64,000 nt of DNA from Amoebidium appalachense. Its lineage: Eukaryota; Protista; Ichthyosporea. The translations under genes and the position numbers were made by a program. This document shows, piece by piece, positions 13,495 to 25,801 of this stretch. The stretch's first letter is position 1, and every line of letters starts with the position of its first letter. The notes beneath the pieces were generated by a model. That model had not been told where the DNA came from and made no database searches. It saw only the letters and a program-made list of their open reading frames with translations. The stretch spans positions 2,812,389-2,876,388 of the forward strand of contig CAVNZM010000004.1 in assembly GCA_963693365.1 (NCBI GenBank). Direction: 5' to 3'.

Positions 13495-15003
13495 ATGTTG
13501 AAGTGTGCGTGTCTGTTCATGGCACTTGGTGCAGTGCTTGTGGATGCACTCCCCTCGCGGCCCATCAGACGGCTACGCAGGCTAGAATCAGACGTAACCC
13601 CAGGCGATTCTGTCACAGACACAGGCAACGAGGACATGAACCCCCGTCGCATCACCCTCCCACACGCGGAAATGGTTGCAGACCCAGTGATACCTGTTAT
13701 CCCCGACGTGCCGTGCATTGAGGCATGTACAGCTGCCGCACTTATATCGTCAGAAACTCTGCGTTTGTGGGACAAAACGTCGCCCATTAATTCATACACG
13801 TGTTATGCTACACTGCAAGAGGCTGTGTCTGCTGCAGTCGACGGGTCTTTCATTCAAATTACGCACAATATCACCATTTCCACCGAAATTGCGGTTGAGA
13901 AAAGTCTGTGGATTGTTGGGTGTGGGCGAAGGCAGACGGGGTACTATGTGCAAGCAGACGGCGTGACTCAGGTGCCCTTCACTTACGTCACGTATCCCGG
14001 CATTCTTACAAACATGAATGTGGCGGACGGGACTGTACTCCGCGTTACTGCTGCGAAACAGAATATTACATTTGCAAACATCAACTTTGCTAACGTTGGT
14101 GGTGGCATGGGCTCGGCTATTCGCACGTGGGAGCGTTCGCAAAACGCAGAGTGGTCGGTGGGCTCGCAGGCAAACGTCACCATTACAAATTGTAATTTCA
14201 CAAACTTCCTCACGGGGATGCGGGGGGGTTCAGCGATTTATTTCGACACGGTGAGCCAGTTTGTCCTTCAGGACTCGTCTTTTGTCGACAACAGGGTGTT
14301 GGAAACCGGGGAGGAATATGATGGGTCCGGGGCGGTGTGGATTATTGATACGGCACCTGGTAGCTACATTCGCGTTTCAAATTGCTCTTTTGCACGGAAC
14401 AAGCACGAGTTCCAACACGGGCTTGGGGCCGGGTTTGGCATCGACTCCGTATACGGGAAAATGGAAATTTTGGGTTGCAATTTCCGGGATAATAACGCAT
14501 CAGGCGGCGCGGCGTTGTACGTGCAGGCGATTCGTGATGATGCCTCCGTACTCGTGCAGGATTCGTGGTTCTTTAACAACACTGCATGGGAGTATGGGTG
14601 GGGGTCGCGCGGTGGCGCAATGTGGGTCCAATTTATTGACGGAAATTTGGATATCATAAACACGCAATTTGTCAATAACGAAGCGCCAGCGGACCGAGGG
14701 GGTGCTATTGCAAACAACATTGTGCGGGCCGGAGCAAAAATTAAAATCGACGGGTGTATGTTTAGGGAAAACATTAGCGGAAAGGGTGCGTCAGTTTGGG
14801 ATACCCTTAATGGGTTTAAGGATAAGGCGTCGCTCACTTTCACGTCCACATGCGAATTTGAAGATAACATGGGGGAGGAAAACAGCACGATGTTGGTAAG
14901 ATTGGGCATGAAGGAGAGTAATGGTGACAAGGGGTCTGATTATTACTACATGTATAGAAGCGACTGGAAATGGAAGGATATGGATTTCTTTGGCTACAAC
15001 TGA
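13495..15003 (+). CDS. Secreted right-handed parallel beta-helix (pectin-lyase fold / Pmp-type GGA(I/L/M)..FxxN repeat) protein, intronless, ~502 aa
   Basis: Signal peptide MLKCACLFMALGAVLVDA. YATLQEAVSAA cap helix typical of beta-helix proteins. Repeated GGSAIY, GSGAVW, GGAALY, GGAMW, GGAIA motifs alternate with FVDN, FARN, FRDN, FFNN, FVNN, FREN, FEDN. Confidence 0.85.
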   Translation: MLKCACLFMALGAVLVDALPSRPIRRLRRLESDVTPGDSVTDTGNEDMNPRRITLPHAEMVADPVIPVIPDVPCIEACTAAALISSETLRLWDKTSPINSYTCYATLQEAVSAAVDGSFIQITHNITISTEIAVEKSLWIVGCGRRQTGYYVQADGVTQVPFTYVTYPGILTNMNVADGTVLRVTAAKQNITFANINFANVGGGMGSAIRTWERSQNAEWSVGSQANVTITNCNFTNFLTGMRGGSAIYFDTVSQFVLQDSSFVDNRVLETGEEYDGSGAVWIIDTAPGSYIRVSNCSFARNKHEFQHGLGAGFGIDSVYGKMEILGCNFRDNNASGGAALYVQAIRDDASVLVQDSWFFNNTAWEYGWGSRGGAMWVQFIDGNLDIINTQFVNNEAPADRGGAIANNIVRAGAKIKIDGCMFRENISGKGASVWDTLNGFKDKASLTFTSTCEFEDNMGEENSTMLVRLGMKESNGDKGSDYYYMYRSDWKWKDMDFFGYN

Positions 15004-15245
15004 TTGGTTATATACTTTTTGTCCCCTCATTTTAAAAAAAGGTGGTTCGAGGCGGGGTGGGGAGGAGGGGGGGGGGGGGGAGGAGGGGGGGGGGGGGGGG
15101 GGGGGGGGGGACACATAAGTGCTTGTCTGTTATGTCAAACTGTGTAGGTTCTTGGTGCGTTTTGCATACAATTTTTCTGCACAACCTTGCCTGGGAGTGG
15201 AGGTAGTAGTAACGCACGTTATTTCTGCGTGTATTTGCACGTGTG

Positions 15246-15294
<49 letters not shown>

Positions 15295-15528
15295 TCATGT
15301 GTTTGAAGTTGTGGGTTGTAAACCAATCTCGTGCCCAGACCGTTTGCACCCACATGTTGTGTGTATGTGTATATTAGTGTAATTTTTTATCATGTGTTTG
15401 CTGTTCCGACTACGTGCTAGAAACAAAATAGCACACTGTAGCGATAAGAAGTTCTGTGGTCCATAAACCGGTCCCACTCATTGCACATGTTTATGTAGAT
15501 GGGGATTTCCCTACTTGTAGCCATATGT

Positions 15529-15663
15529 TGATGTACAGATATCAATTTTACTGTAGTACTTTTTTGTATGCAACACACCAGTGATGTACAGATATCAATC
15601 TTACTGTAGTACTTTTTTGTAAGTTTTGTACAGATATCAATCTTACTGTAGTACTTTTTTGTA
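15529..15663. repeat. Three copies of a ~37-40 bp unit (tgtacagatatcaatYttactgtagtacttttttgta)
   Basis: Copies at ~15529, ~15582 and ~15627, visible directly. Confidence 0.85.
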
Positions 15664-16569
15664 AGTTTTGTAAGTCTTTTTCTAAGAAATTATTGAGAGC
15701 TCCTTGTACATAGGCTCAGCACATTTTTGTCGCTTGAAGTGATATTTTCACCGGCAGGAATCGGCAACCAATACGAGTGTATATCAGATAGCCATATATG
15801 GTGTTAATGGATTCATCGAGTGCGTGTTTTCAACTTCACTAATCTTCGTATCATACCCCCCCCCCCCCCCCCTTCTCTCCCCCCATCCCCCCCCCCCCCA
15901 CCCACCCACCCTCCCCATGCCCCGTACCCTCTCCCCCCTCCCTAAAGAGAGAGAGGGGAGAGGGGGGGGGGGGGGGGAGAGGGATAAGAAAAAAATCCAC
16001 CACTTGCATACCAACACAACCTACCATCTCACCACAAGGCTCCCTTCCCCCCCACACCCCCCTCCCCTTCCCATTCCCCCCCCCAACTCTCCCCCCTCCC
16101 CCCCCCCTCCCCCCCTTTCTGCGGCACACATGCATGTTGCACTCACTTTCTCATGCCTATTTCACTCAATGGGAGCACATCAAACTTTCCGCACTGAGAC
16201 ACGTAAGCATAAAATTATTGGACTTTTGAAGTGAAGACCTCCAAGACATAGCAAAATAACTCCAATCGTGTTCACTATTCGTGTTACTTGCATATGCATG
16301 CCTCCCCCCCCCCCCCCCCCCCTCCCCCCCCATTCCCCTTCCCCCAGCCCCCCCCCCCCCCCCCCCCCCTCCCCCCCCCCCTCCCCCCCCCCCCCAACCC
16401 CCACCCCACCCTTCCCTGTCCTTTGCAAACTTTCCATATATGTCTTCACGCTTTGCATCTGTTACCTCCTCAATGTTTAAATAGTCCAAAACTCTTTTGG
16501 CCAACCAACCAAACTATAGCAGCACACATTTGATGACTGACTCAGCATCCGTGATAATCAAAGTACGTG

Positions 16570-16673
<104 letters not shown>

Positions 16674-17292
16674 ACCCACATACATGCGCACACAACTCAA
16701 CCCATGCCACCAGAAAGAGGAAAAGCGGAGAGTGAACGTGATTGCACTCTCTCACATAAACAGGGGGCCCGTCCTCCGCTTTGAATTCTTGCCCTTGGCA
16801 TATAGTACTTGGATGCTGCTAAGTAAACGAAATCGCCTCGTTGCATAGGCTGCCCATAGCTATCGAAAAGTATAAAATTACACCGTAGTATGAGGATAAG
16901 TAACTGAATGCACCTTTTTGAAGGAATGACTCATAATGCAATATGAAAACTTATGACGGTTGATGGCTCTACTGCGGCCTTCAAAAACCTATGGGGGGAC
17001 CAAAAAAAGGGGGACGAAAAAAAAAAAAAAAAGAAAAAAAAAAAAAAAAGTTGTAGGCCGCCTGCAGATAGGCTGATCAAGTCGGGTCACGGGTGCCCTG
17101 CGCAGTTCCCACGGCCCACTCCTCGTTCTGATTGATTGATACTTCTTGCCGGCCATTTTGATTGGACGGCTGGCTGCATACCGATTAAATTCCCCACCTA
17201 ACTGGCCATGCCAGAGTCTCCGTGTGTTTCTCGCACTGTAATTTCAGTGGTGGTGGTGGTGGTGGTGGTGTGTGTGTGTGTGTGTGTGAGTG

Positions 17293-17340
<48 letters not shown>

Positions 17341-17489
17341 TGTGCATGTGTGTATCCGTGCGTGTGCGTGTACGTGTGCGCGTGCGTCTGTATGTGTGTG
17401 CGTGAGTGTGTGTGTGTGTGTGTGTTGGGGGGGGGGGGGGGGGGGGGGGATGGGGGGAGGTGGGGGGGGTCCACGCATGTGTGCCGCGC

Positions 17490-17525
<36 letters not shown>

Positions 17526-17695
17526 GTGTGCATAAGTGGATGTAGGTGAGCTGTAACGAGTTTAGGGACGGGGAGGAGGGGGGGAGGTGGAGGGATTGGG
17601 GCTGGTTAAAATGTCTATAAGTACACGAGAACTTGAGAGGAGTGGAAAAGCCCAAAAGAGCCAAATTTATTGATCCAACGTTGTACACTTCAATC

Positions 17696-17737
<42 letters not shown>

Positions 17738-18020
17738 CCCACCCCGGCATACATGCATACATCTTCTCCTCTACACCCTCGATTAAACACTACTCTGGAA
17801 CAGAAGATCTTAGAATACATATTTCAGCCCTCCCCCCCCCCAAAAAAAAACAAAAACAAGAAGAAGAAAAAAAAAAGAACTCCCTTCCGCTCCATTCACT
17901 CCTCCCCTATTTCTCCTCCTATTGCGTACAACATTCTCTTTTACTGCTCGTCCCCACTTCAATTGTTGTTATTCGTTATGGTTCCTGACCAGCATCCCCC
18001 GCCCCCTCACCCCTCTCCCC

Positions 18021-18079
<59 letters not shown>

Positions 18080-18660
18080 TCCTTCTCCCCACAGTTATTT
18101 CCCTCTCTAATAAGCACATCTACCGTCCTTATTCTTCAGCGTTACACCCCCCCCCTCCTCCCTCCCCCCCATCCCCTCCCCCCTCCTCTCTTTCCCCACC
18201 ACCTCCTCCTTATTTAACACCCCATCTCCGAAAAGATGCTCTTCAGATCCCCTTTCTTCCTTCCATTCCAAACACTCCATGCCCCTGCACATACCGTTCT
18301 GCATGCTTTCCCGATTGTTCCCTTCTCTGTCCACCACACTCTTTTAACCTCTTCCTCCACCCTATCCCTCCCCCCCCCCCCCCCCCCCCCTCTCTCTCCA
18401 AGCTCCCACCCCTCCCCTTCCTCCCCTCCTTCCTCACTCCCCCTTCCTCTCCTTCCAATCCCAACTCCTCCCTCTTACCCCCCCACCCTCACTTTCCTCC
18501 TCTCTCCATCCCTCAACCCCCGTATTCCCCCTCCAAATCCCTCCTATCCCCCTTTCCAACCAACTCCCTCACCCCGCCCCCCTCCCTCCCCCCAACTCCA
18601 CCCCCCACCCCCCCCCCCCCCCCCCCCCCCCCCCATCTCCCCAAAATAACACACACGCAC

Positions 18661-19598
18661 CATATGTCCACATAGCCTCGATCACTTCCTTATCTTCACA
18701 GCACCCCTCCATGGTCATGTGCACATTTGGGTCCATAGGCGAGGTTCGGTACTTGTCGACCCACTGCTACAGGCTGTACCGATCGTACGTGTGTCCGTCT
18801 GGGGCTAAACCCCGGTATCTCATGACCTGGTGTGGTTTTTATTATTTTTATTTATTATTTTTTTGGATTTTTCGGGGGGGAGGGGGGGAAGTGGACGGAA
18901 GGGTGGGTGGGTGGGTGGAGGGGGGGGGAGGGGGGTAGAGGGGGGGGGGGGGGGGGGGGGGGTGGAGAGCGGAAGGGTGGGGGGGGGGGGGGGGTTTGGG
19001 GGGGTTAGGGAGAGGGTTAGGGTGGGTGGTGGTGGTGGCGGGGGGTGGGGGATGGGGGGGGGGGGGGGGGGGAGGGGGGGGGGGGGGGGGGGGATAAGGT
19101 GAAGGTAGGAGTAGGGGAATGAAGTGTATCCGTTAGATCCAACGGTAAAAGCTAGGGACGGTGTGGAGAGGTGATATTGACGTTATTGGGACATGTTACT
19201 ATAACTGATCCACGTCACTTGCTTTATAGACATTAGGGCAACAGGACGAAAAAGAAGGGTGGGGGGTGTTGGGGGAGGAGGGGGGAGGGGGAGGGGGGGG
19301 GAGGGGCAGGCGGAGTCACTAGGCCTTGGGAAGAATTGGGACAGTTGACGGTTGACCATAACTGGGCCGGGAAAGAAGTGTGCTTGTACGATGTTGTGTG
19401 TGTGTGCGTGCGCGTGTGCGCGCGTGCGTGCGTGCGTGGGTCTCCACTATGCACGTGCATATGTGTGGGTGTGTGTGTGTGTGTGGGAAGTGTGGTCAGA
19501 AGGAAACCTACCAACATGGAAATTGGGCAGAGAAATTCTTGAGGGCAAGTGTTAGGGTCTATGGGTCCGGCAGGGTTGACTTCTTGGGAGGTCGAAAT
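18661..19598 (-). CDS. U-box domain (two exons) with in-frame TAG at 18769-18767
   Basis: Spliced peptide ...CPQEFLCPISML|VMRYRGLAPDGHTYDRYSL*QWVDKYRTSPMDP matches the U-box consensus P..F.CPI....M.DPV....G.TY.R..I..W......SP. Confidence 0.8.
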
Positions 19599-20489
19599 CT
19601 GCATTGAAAATACACAAGCACATCAAAAAACACACTGCTCAACCAGTTCCCTACAAAACACTCCCTTCCCGTTCCCCCCCCCCCCCTCCCCCCCCCCCCC
19701 CCCCCTCCTGCCCCCTCCTTCCCCACTCCCCACTCCCCCCTCCCCTTTCCTCCTCGCACGCCCCCCCCCACCTCCACCCCTCACACCCCCCCAACCCCAC
19801 CCCTGTGAGCACCAAACGAAAACTAGACTCTTTATGGCTTCCCACTCTGTCCTTTTGTGAAATCTCTTGTTTCCGTGTCTGAGTGCACAAGAATGGCAAC
19901 TGTTGCGAACCCAACAAAAATTTCTCACAAGCAAAATGGTGGCTATGCTTTCGTGTAGGTGAAGTCTTCTCTTTAGCATCCCGTCCCCGGCCCTCCCCCC
20001 CTTTCCCCTCTTCCCCCTCCCCCTTCCCCCCCCCCCCCCCCCCTTCCTCCGTCCCTTCTTCAAGTACCAAACCCCTTCCGCTGTCCCCTTCTCTTCCTTC
20101 TGCTTTTGCTATTTCAGGGAGAGATGGGGAAAGGCGGGGTGGAAAGGCTGAAAGAAAAACGGTGGGAGGAACGTCGTCGAGAAGCAAGTTGGGGATATGG
20201 AAACAAACATCAATACGTTTTCAACCAAAATTCTGATAGGCAGAGACTGGGTGTTCTCTCTCACCTGGTTGGTTTGCTGGCTGGCCGCCTGTAAAAACCA
20301 AAGAACTCATGTTACTGTGTGGTATGTATAGGAACACGCCAGTATGGTTAGTTCTGGTGAGACCAATTCCGCACGTTGCAATTGTTATTCTGTGGCAGCG
20401 TTACAGAGTATACCTCAAAGCAGCCTGAGTACCGAAAAATGAAAAGCCCAAGCCTAAATCGGAATTGAAAGTTGATATTCTTATGGCAA

Positions 20490-20665
20490 AAAGAGACATA
20501 GATACCCCTATAGCAGAGTGAAAAATAAATACTTTACAAAAGGCTCAGTAAATTTTATAAATAGACTGAAGCAGAGTGAAAAATGAAAACCGTATAGCAG
20601 ATGGAAAAATTATGATACCCTAGAGCTGAGTGAAAAGATATTCTGTAAAACAGTGAAAAATTATC
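20490..20665. repeat. Degenerate ~25-30 bp A-rich tandem repeat (core tagcagagtgaaaaat)
   Basis: About five diverged copies of agagtgaaaaat/cagtgaaaaat in an intron. Confidence 0.5.
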
Positions 20666-21271
20666 CAGTACCTATAACAGCCATTTGAGTAAATTGTTTT
20701 TTCGAATCGAAATCGAATACATCTAGCAAAGGAAGTAGGACTTCTACCGGAGGAAAAGTGATCTTCAGTGCAAGATAAATTATCCTGGCAGTGAGGAAAA
20801 GGTTAAAGCGAAACATGGGATAAGAAATACTCAACAGGAAGCAGGTTCAGAGATTTCTAATGGGGGATGGGGGGGCCCGGGGGGGGGGGGGGAGGGGGGG
20901 GGGGGGGGGGGGTAAGGGAGGGACAAATGGAGTTTGGGTGAGTGGGGGGTGAGGGGCGATGGAGAGGAGGGGGGCAGGGTAGGGGGGTTAGGAGAAGGAT
21001 GGCTGGGAGGGAAAGGGGGAGGGGGAGGGGGGGGGGGGGGGGGAGTTGAAACTCCATGTTGTGTTAGAGCAAAAACTTTTATTGAGAAAAGGGAACGCAC
21101 ACATATATTGACCAGCAGACGTGCACACACAGGCTCACCCAATGGTTTCTGGTGTGACTGCGCTCTCTCTCGTTTCTCTCTTGTTGGCTGTCTGCAAGTT
21201 TCTTTGCCTTCCCATAATATAGGTCACTTGATCAGAATCTCCCCTTCCCCCCTTCCCCCCCCCCCCCCCCC

Positions 21272-21334
<63 letters not shown>

Positions 21335-21673
21335 ACACACTCCACATCCCATCCCACCCCACCCCCGTCAACGGTTCCGCGGGTCCTTTCCCGGCTTCCT
21401 TCCACCCCTTCACCACACCTCACTGTCTCCCCTCCCCACGCTCCATATTTTCCCGGCACAATCGACAACGTGGGAACACTAACAGTACCGTTGTTAGTGG
21501 CATGTAGAGCAAAACGTGTTATGAGGAATGGAGGAATGGAGTCAAATGTTGGAGTGAACCATCAACCCGGAAAAGGGGTTGGGCATGCTTTGCTTCTTCC
21601 GAGATATGCTCCGGGGGGAAGGGGGACGGGGGGAAGGGGGAGGAATGGTTATATAAATGGTGGTGGTGGTGGT

Positions 21674-21736
<63 letters not shown>

Positions 21737-21892
21737 GCGTGTGCGTGCGTGTGTGCGTGCGTGCGTGTCAAGCTGTGTGTGTGTGTGTGTGTGGGTGTGT
21801 GTTTATGTAAGGAGCAGAAGGGGGGAAGGGGTGGGGACGGGGTTGGGGGGGGAGCATCGGCAAGGCTTGGGTGAAAAGGGATGGTTGTGTGA

Positions 21893-22020
<128 letters not shown>

Positions 22021-23535
22021 ATGTGTATGTGTGTGTGGGCTAGGGGAGGAGGAAAGGGGGGGGGGGATGGGGGGGGGGGTGGGGGTTGTCGGCAAGGAAC
22101 GGGTGGGAAGGGGTCGGGTGCATGGGTGTGTGGTTGGCAAGGGGAGGGGGGGGGGGGGGGAGGGGCGGAGGGGGGGGGAGGGGGAGGGGGGAGGGGGGGG
22201 GGGGGGGGGGGGTTTCAAATACAGCCATCCTGGCCTGTGCCTTCCTTTTGTCTATCTCCCTCTGCTCTCTCTCTCTCTCCAACTGTCGATACTCACGTGC
22301 CCGTTGCTGTGCCTGTGCTACCATATCAGCACTCTATCCCTCCCTGCCCCCCCTCCTCGTCCCCCCCCCCCCCCCCTCCCCCCCCCCCCCAAAAAAAAAA
22401 ATAAAAAAACCAAAAAAAAACAAACAAAAAAAAACACTTTTTTGAAGAATTCTGCACAACACATCCGAACATCCAAGTATACATGTATTTATGGTCACAG
22501 ATTAAAGAACATCCAGATCACCGTGCATTAAAACATTAAAAAAAAAAGTGTCTACACCGAAACGAAAAATGGAAAGAGCAAAGGCGACAAAGGCCTAGTT
22601 TCCTTGAATCATGGACCGAGTGCAATACCCACTGTGAGCTCATGTGGATACCGATTATGATCCGTGAGACTAATAAGGGATGAGAAGGAGACACACACAC
22701 ATCGTATTCTAATTTTGACATGCTTTGTCACTCCCGGAATTGGTGAGATACACATGTCCCTTCCCTCCTCCCCCCCCCCCTCCCCCCCCCCCCCCCCCCC
22801 CCCACCCCCACCCCCACCCCACCCTCCTCCCCCCTTTCCCCACTTACCGTGCCCCTGCCCTGGTGGTTTACACCTCACCTTGCTACCGCATGTATGCGCA
22901 CCTTTCTATACTCATGCACGTACACAACTTACTCACACACTGGTGGTGGAGAGGGGCCAAAGAAAGGTAAAGAGGGGAAGGAGGGAGGAGGGGGGAGAGG
23001 GGGAGGGGGGGGAGGGGGGGATGGGGGGGGAGGGGGGGGGATGGGGAGGGGGGAGGGGGAGGGGGGAAGGGGGGAAGGAGGCATGCGGTCACCTGTCTAG
23101 AACTCGTGCCTTGATCCTGTGACTGAGACGGCTGAGTAGTTGGACTGGTGGTGGTGCTGCGCTGTGTCTGAGTGATTATTGCCATATTAGGATATGTCTG
23201 AATGCATATTGCCATATTAGGATATATGTGTGCACTAATTTGTCATATGTGTGTACCAGTACCAGTACTCTGCATGACTAATGCCATACTGGAATATTTC
23301 CAATATTTCCATATTGGGTATTGCCGCATGGTCAATGCCATACTCGCATCTGTGCGCATGAATAAAGTGTCAAGTTAACATGCGTGAACGACTTTGGGCT
23401 GCTCAAATCTCTGCCGTATATACCTTTGGTCTCCTAACAGTAATGTTTAGGAGTATGTGTAAGTGGGTGGTTAAAATGGAGGGAAGATAGAGCTCGCAGC
23501 CACGAGAGAGGGTGACAGGAGGGGGGCAGTTGGGG

Positions 23536-23566
<31 letters not shown>

Positions 23567-24062
23567 AAGAATGCGTAACAGAGTACGAAGGACACATAAT
23601 AACGGACGACACTATGCAGAGTGCAGACCAAAGATAAAGAGTATGCATAATAAGCAAAGCCCATCCGGGGGATCCACAGTGCCCGAGCAGGGGGGGGAGA
23701 GGGGGAGGGGGGGGGGGGGGGAGAGAGGATGATGAACGGATCGGGTGGCCGAGGGGGGGGGGGGGGGGGGTTGGGGGGGTACTTTACCCAAGCCTGATTG
23801 AGAGTTGTGCGACGGGTTTGCTGCTGCTGCTGTTGAATAGCCCCATTCTTCAGTGCCTGTGGATACATGTCTGTTGGTGGTTGGTATATGATCAAAGAAA
23901 CTCCTCCGACAACAAACCGTTAATGATGTGGTGGCTTTGGTATGGGAAGAGGGGGGCAGGGAGGGGGGGGGGGGGGGGAGGGGGGGGGAGGGGGGGGAGA
24001 AGGAGGGGAGGGGTGGAGGGGGAGAGGCCGAAGGGGGGTTCGACGAGAATAAAACAACACAC

Positions 24063-24476
24063 CTTCTCTCTCTGCCTGGCCTTGTATGCATCCATCTCTC
24101 TTTGTTCTTTCACCTTCTCTCTCTGCCTGGCCTTGTATGCATCCATCTCTCTTTGTTCTTTCACCTTCTCTCTCTGCCTGGCCTTGTATGCATCCATCTC
24201 TCTTTGTTCTTTCACCTTCTCTCTCTGCCTGGCCTTGTATGCATCCATCTCTCTTTGTTCTTTCACCTTCTCTCTCTGCCTGGCCTTGTATGCATCCATC
24301 TCTCTTTGTTCTTTCACCTTCTCTCTCTGCCTGGCCTTGTATGCATCCATCTCTCTTTGTTCTTTCACCTTCTCTGTCTGCCTGGCCTTGTATGCATCCA
24401 TCTCTCTTTGTTCTTTCACCTTCTCTCTCTGCCTGGCCTTGTATGCATCCATCTCTCTTTGTTCTTTCACCTTCTC
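24063..24476 (-). repeat. Coding minisatellite: 8 x 51 bp encoding EKVKEQREMDAYKARQR
   Basis: Eight near-identical copies (one R>T change) plus a partial copy that ends at a GT donor. Confidence 0.95.
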
Positions 24477-24718
24477 TCGCCGTGCGTGTTCACGTGAAAG
24501 CTCCTGCACCCGGAAAACGGGGGGGGGGGGGGGGGGGGGGGGGGGAGGGGGGGGGGGGGAGGGGGGGGGTTATTGTCAGCCCTTGGTCATGTTTGCTGCA
24601 CGGACACTGTAGTGTTTCTCCCTGATAGGATGCTCATAGGTTTTATCTTCATGGGGTACTATAATAATTGGAGTTCTATAAACAAAAAAATCTAATTCTC
24701 AAAACCCAGTGCGGGGGG

Positions 24719-24759
<41 letters not shown>

Positions 24760-24932
24760 GGATGGGAAGGAAAGGGGTGGGAAGGGAACAAGAAAGGATG
24801 AAGGGGTAAAGAGGGGAGAGGTGGGGCGAGAGGTGGGGAGGGGGAGGTACGGGAGGCAGACGAGGGCAGGGGACGGAGGGGGGGTTTTGCATGGAAGGGA
24901 GGGGACGAGGCAGGCAAGGAATGGGGAAGGTG

Positions 24933-24967
<35 letters not shown>

Positions 24968-25141
24968 TGTACCAACGACTCTGAGGCTCATATGGAGAGG
25001 TTAATTGTGAATGCTTGCATTTGGGGATTGAGCAAGAGGGAGAGGAAAAGGAAGAGGAAAAGGGGAATTTACATAGCGTCGGCATCCTCTGGCGGCTCTT
25101 TTGCTGAGTGTTTTTGGTCTCCCTCCGGCGAGTCAGCGTAT

Positions 25142-25801
25142 GAATGAGTTAGGCCTTCGCTTTTGTTTTCATTTGGTTAGGCTTCCTTCTTATCATCCTT
25201 TGTTGCAATTCTTTCCTTCTTTAGACCCTGTTCCCATTTCTAATGTTCGTGCGAAATGTCCTGTACCCAATCTATCTCCCATTCAGAGATATCCTTTTAA
25301 ATATTTGTCTCCTTTATTTTTCTCTTCCCCTATTTATCAGCAGTATGTTACTTGGTTTCATACTCAATATCCTTTGCTTCATCGTTGTGATAAAGAGTAT
25401 CATGGTGGGACTCTTGAGCCTGTGCTTCTTTTTATATTAGAGACTCGTCTATTTTCTCTACCCTCGTTATGTAAATTAGCTACTTATATTCATCCTTCTT
25501 CTCGTAAACCTACCACACTTGTCGATTTTGCCATTCTAACCCCTTCGTGTGATATTGCTTGGAAATGTTTATTTTGGCGTTGTAACCTTAGTTTCCATAA
25601 AAGTTTGTGTCACTTTTGGGCAGAACTTTTTTCTCGCAAACATCTGGATAAATGTATTTATTTATCTCAGATTCTTCCGTTAGAAATTCGAAGACTAGCT
25701 TATTTAGATAATCCTGATATTATTTCTATTGACTATCTGTTAAACCACCGTATGTTTACCGAGTTTTCTAGGGTGTATGATTATTTGAGTCGTTATCTCC
25801 C
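25142..25801 (+). mobile_element. 660 bp AT-rich insertion, probably a degenerate 3' fragment of a non-LTR (LINE) ORF2
   Basis: Flanked by CGTAT at 25137-25141 and 25802-25806, with an abrupt composition change. The ORF has a decayed zinc-knuckle-like segment (LHRCDKEYHGGTLEPVLLF, cf. C..C....ETLEHL) followed by IAWKCLFWRCNLSFH (cf. IW..RN...F). Confidence 0.45.

Noticed and set aside
15529-15663. CRISPR-like array (36-41 bp repeats here and at 57210-57373)
   Set aside because: Units are head-to-tail or separated by short unequal gaps, there are no unique spacers and no cas genes, and the context is eukaryotic.
18767-18769. TAG reassigned to Gln (alternative genetic code)
   Set aside because: No in-frame TAG/TAA was found in the conserved exons of DHX36, glycogenin, MED31, HINT3 or the 1.5 kb beta-helix ORF, and TAG/TAA end several genes here.
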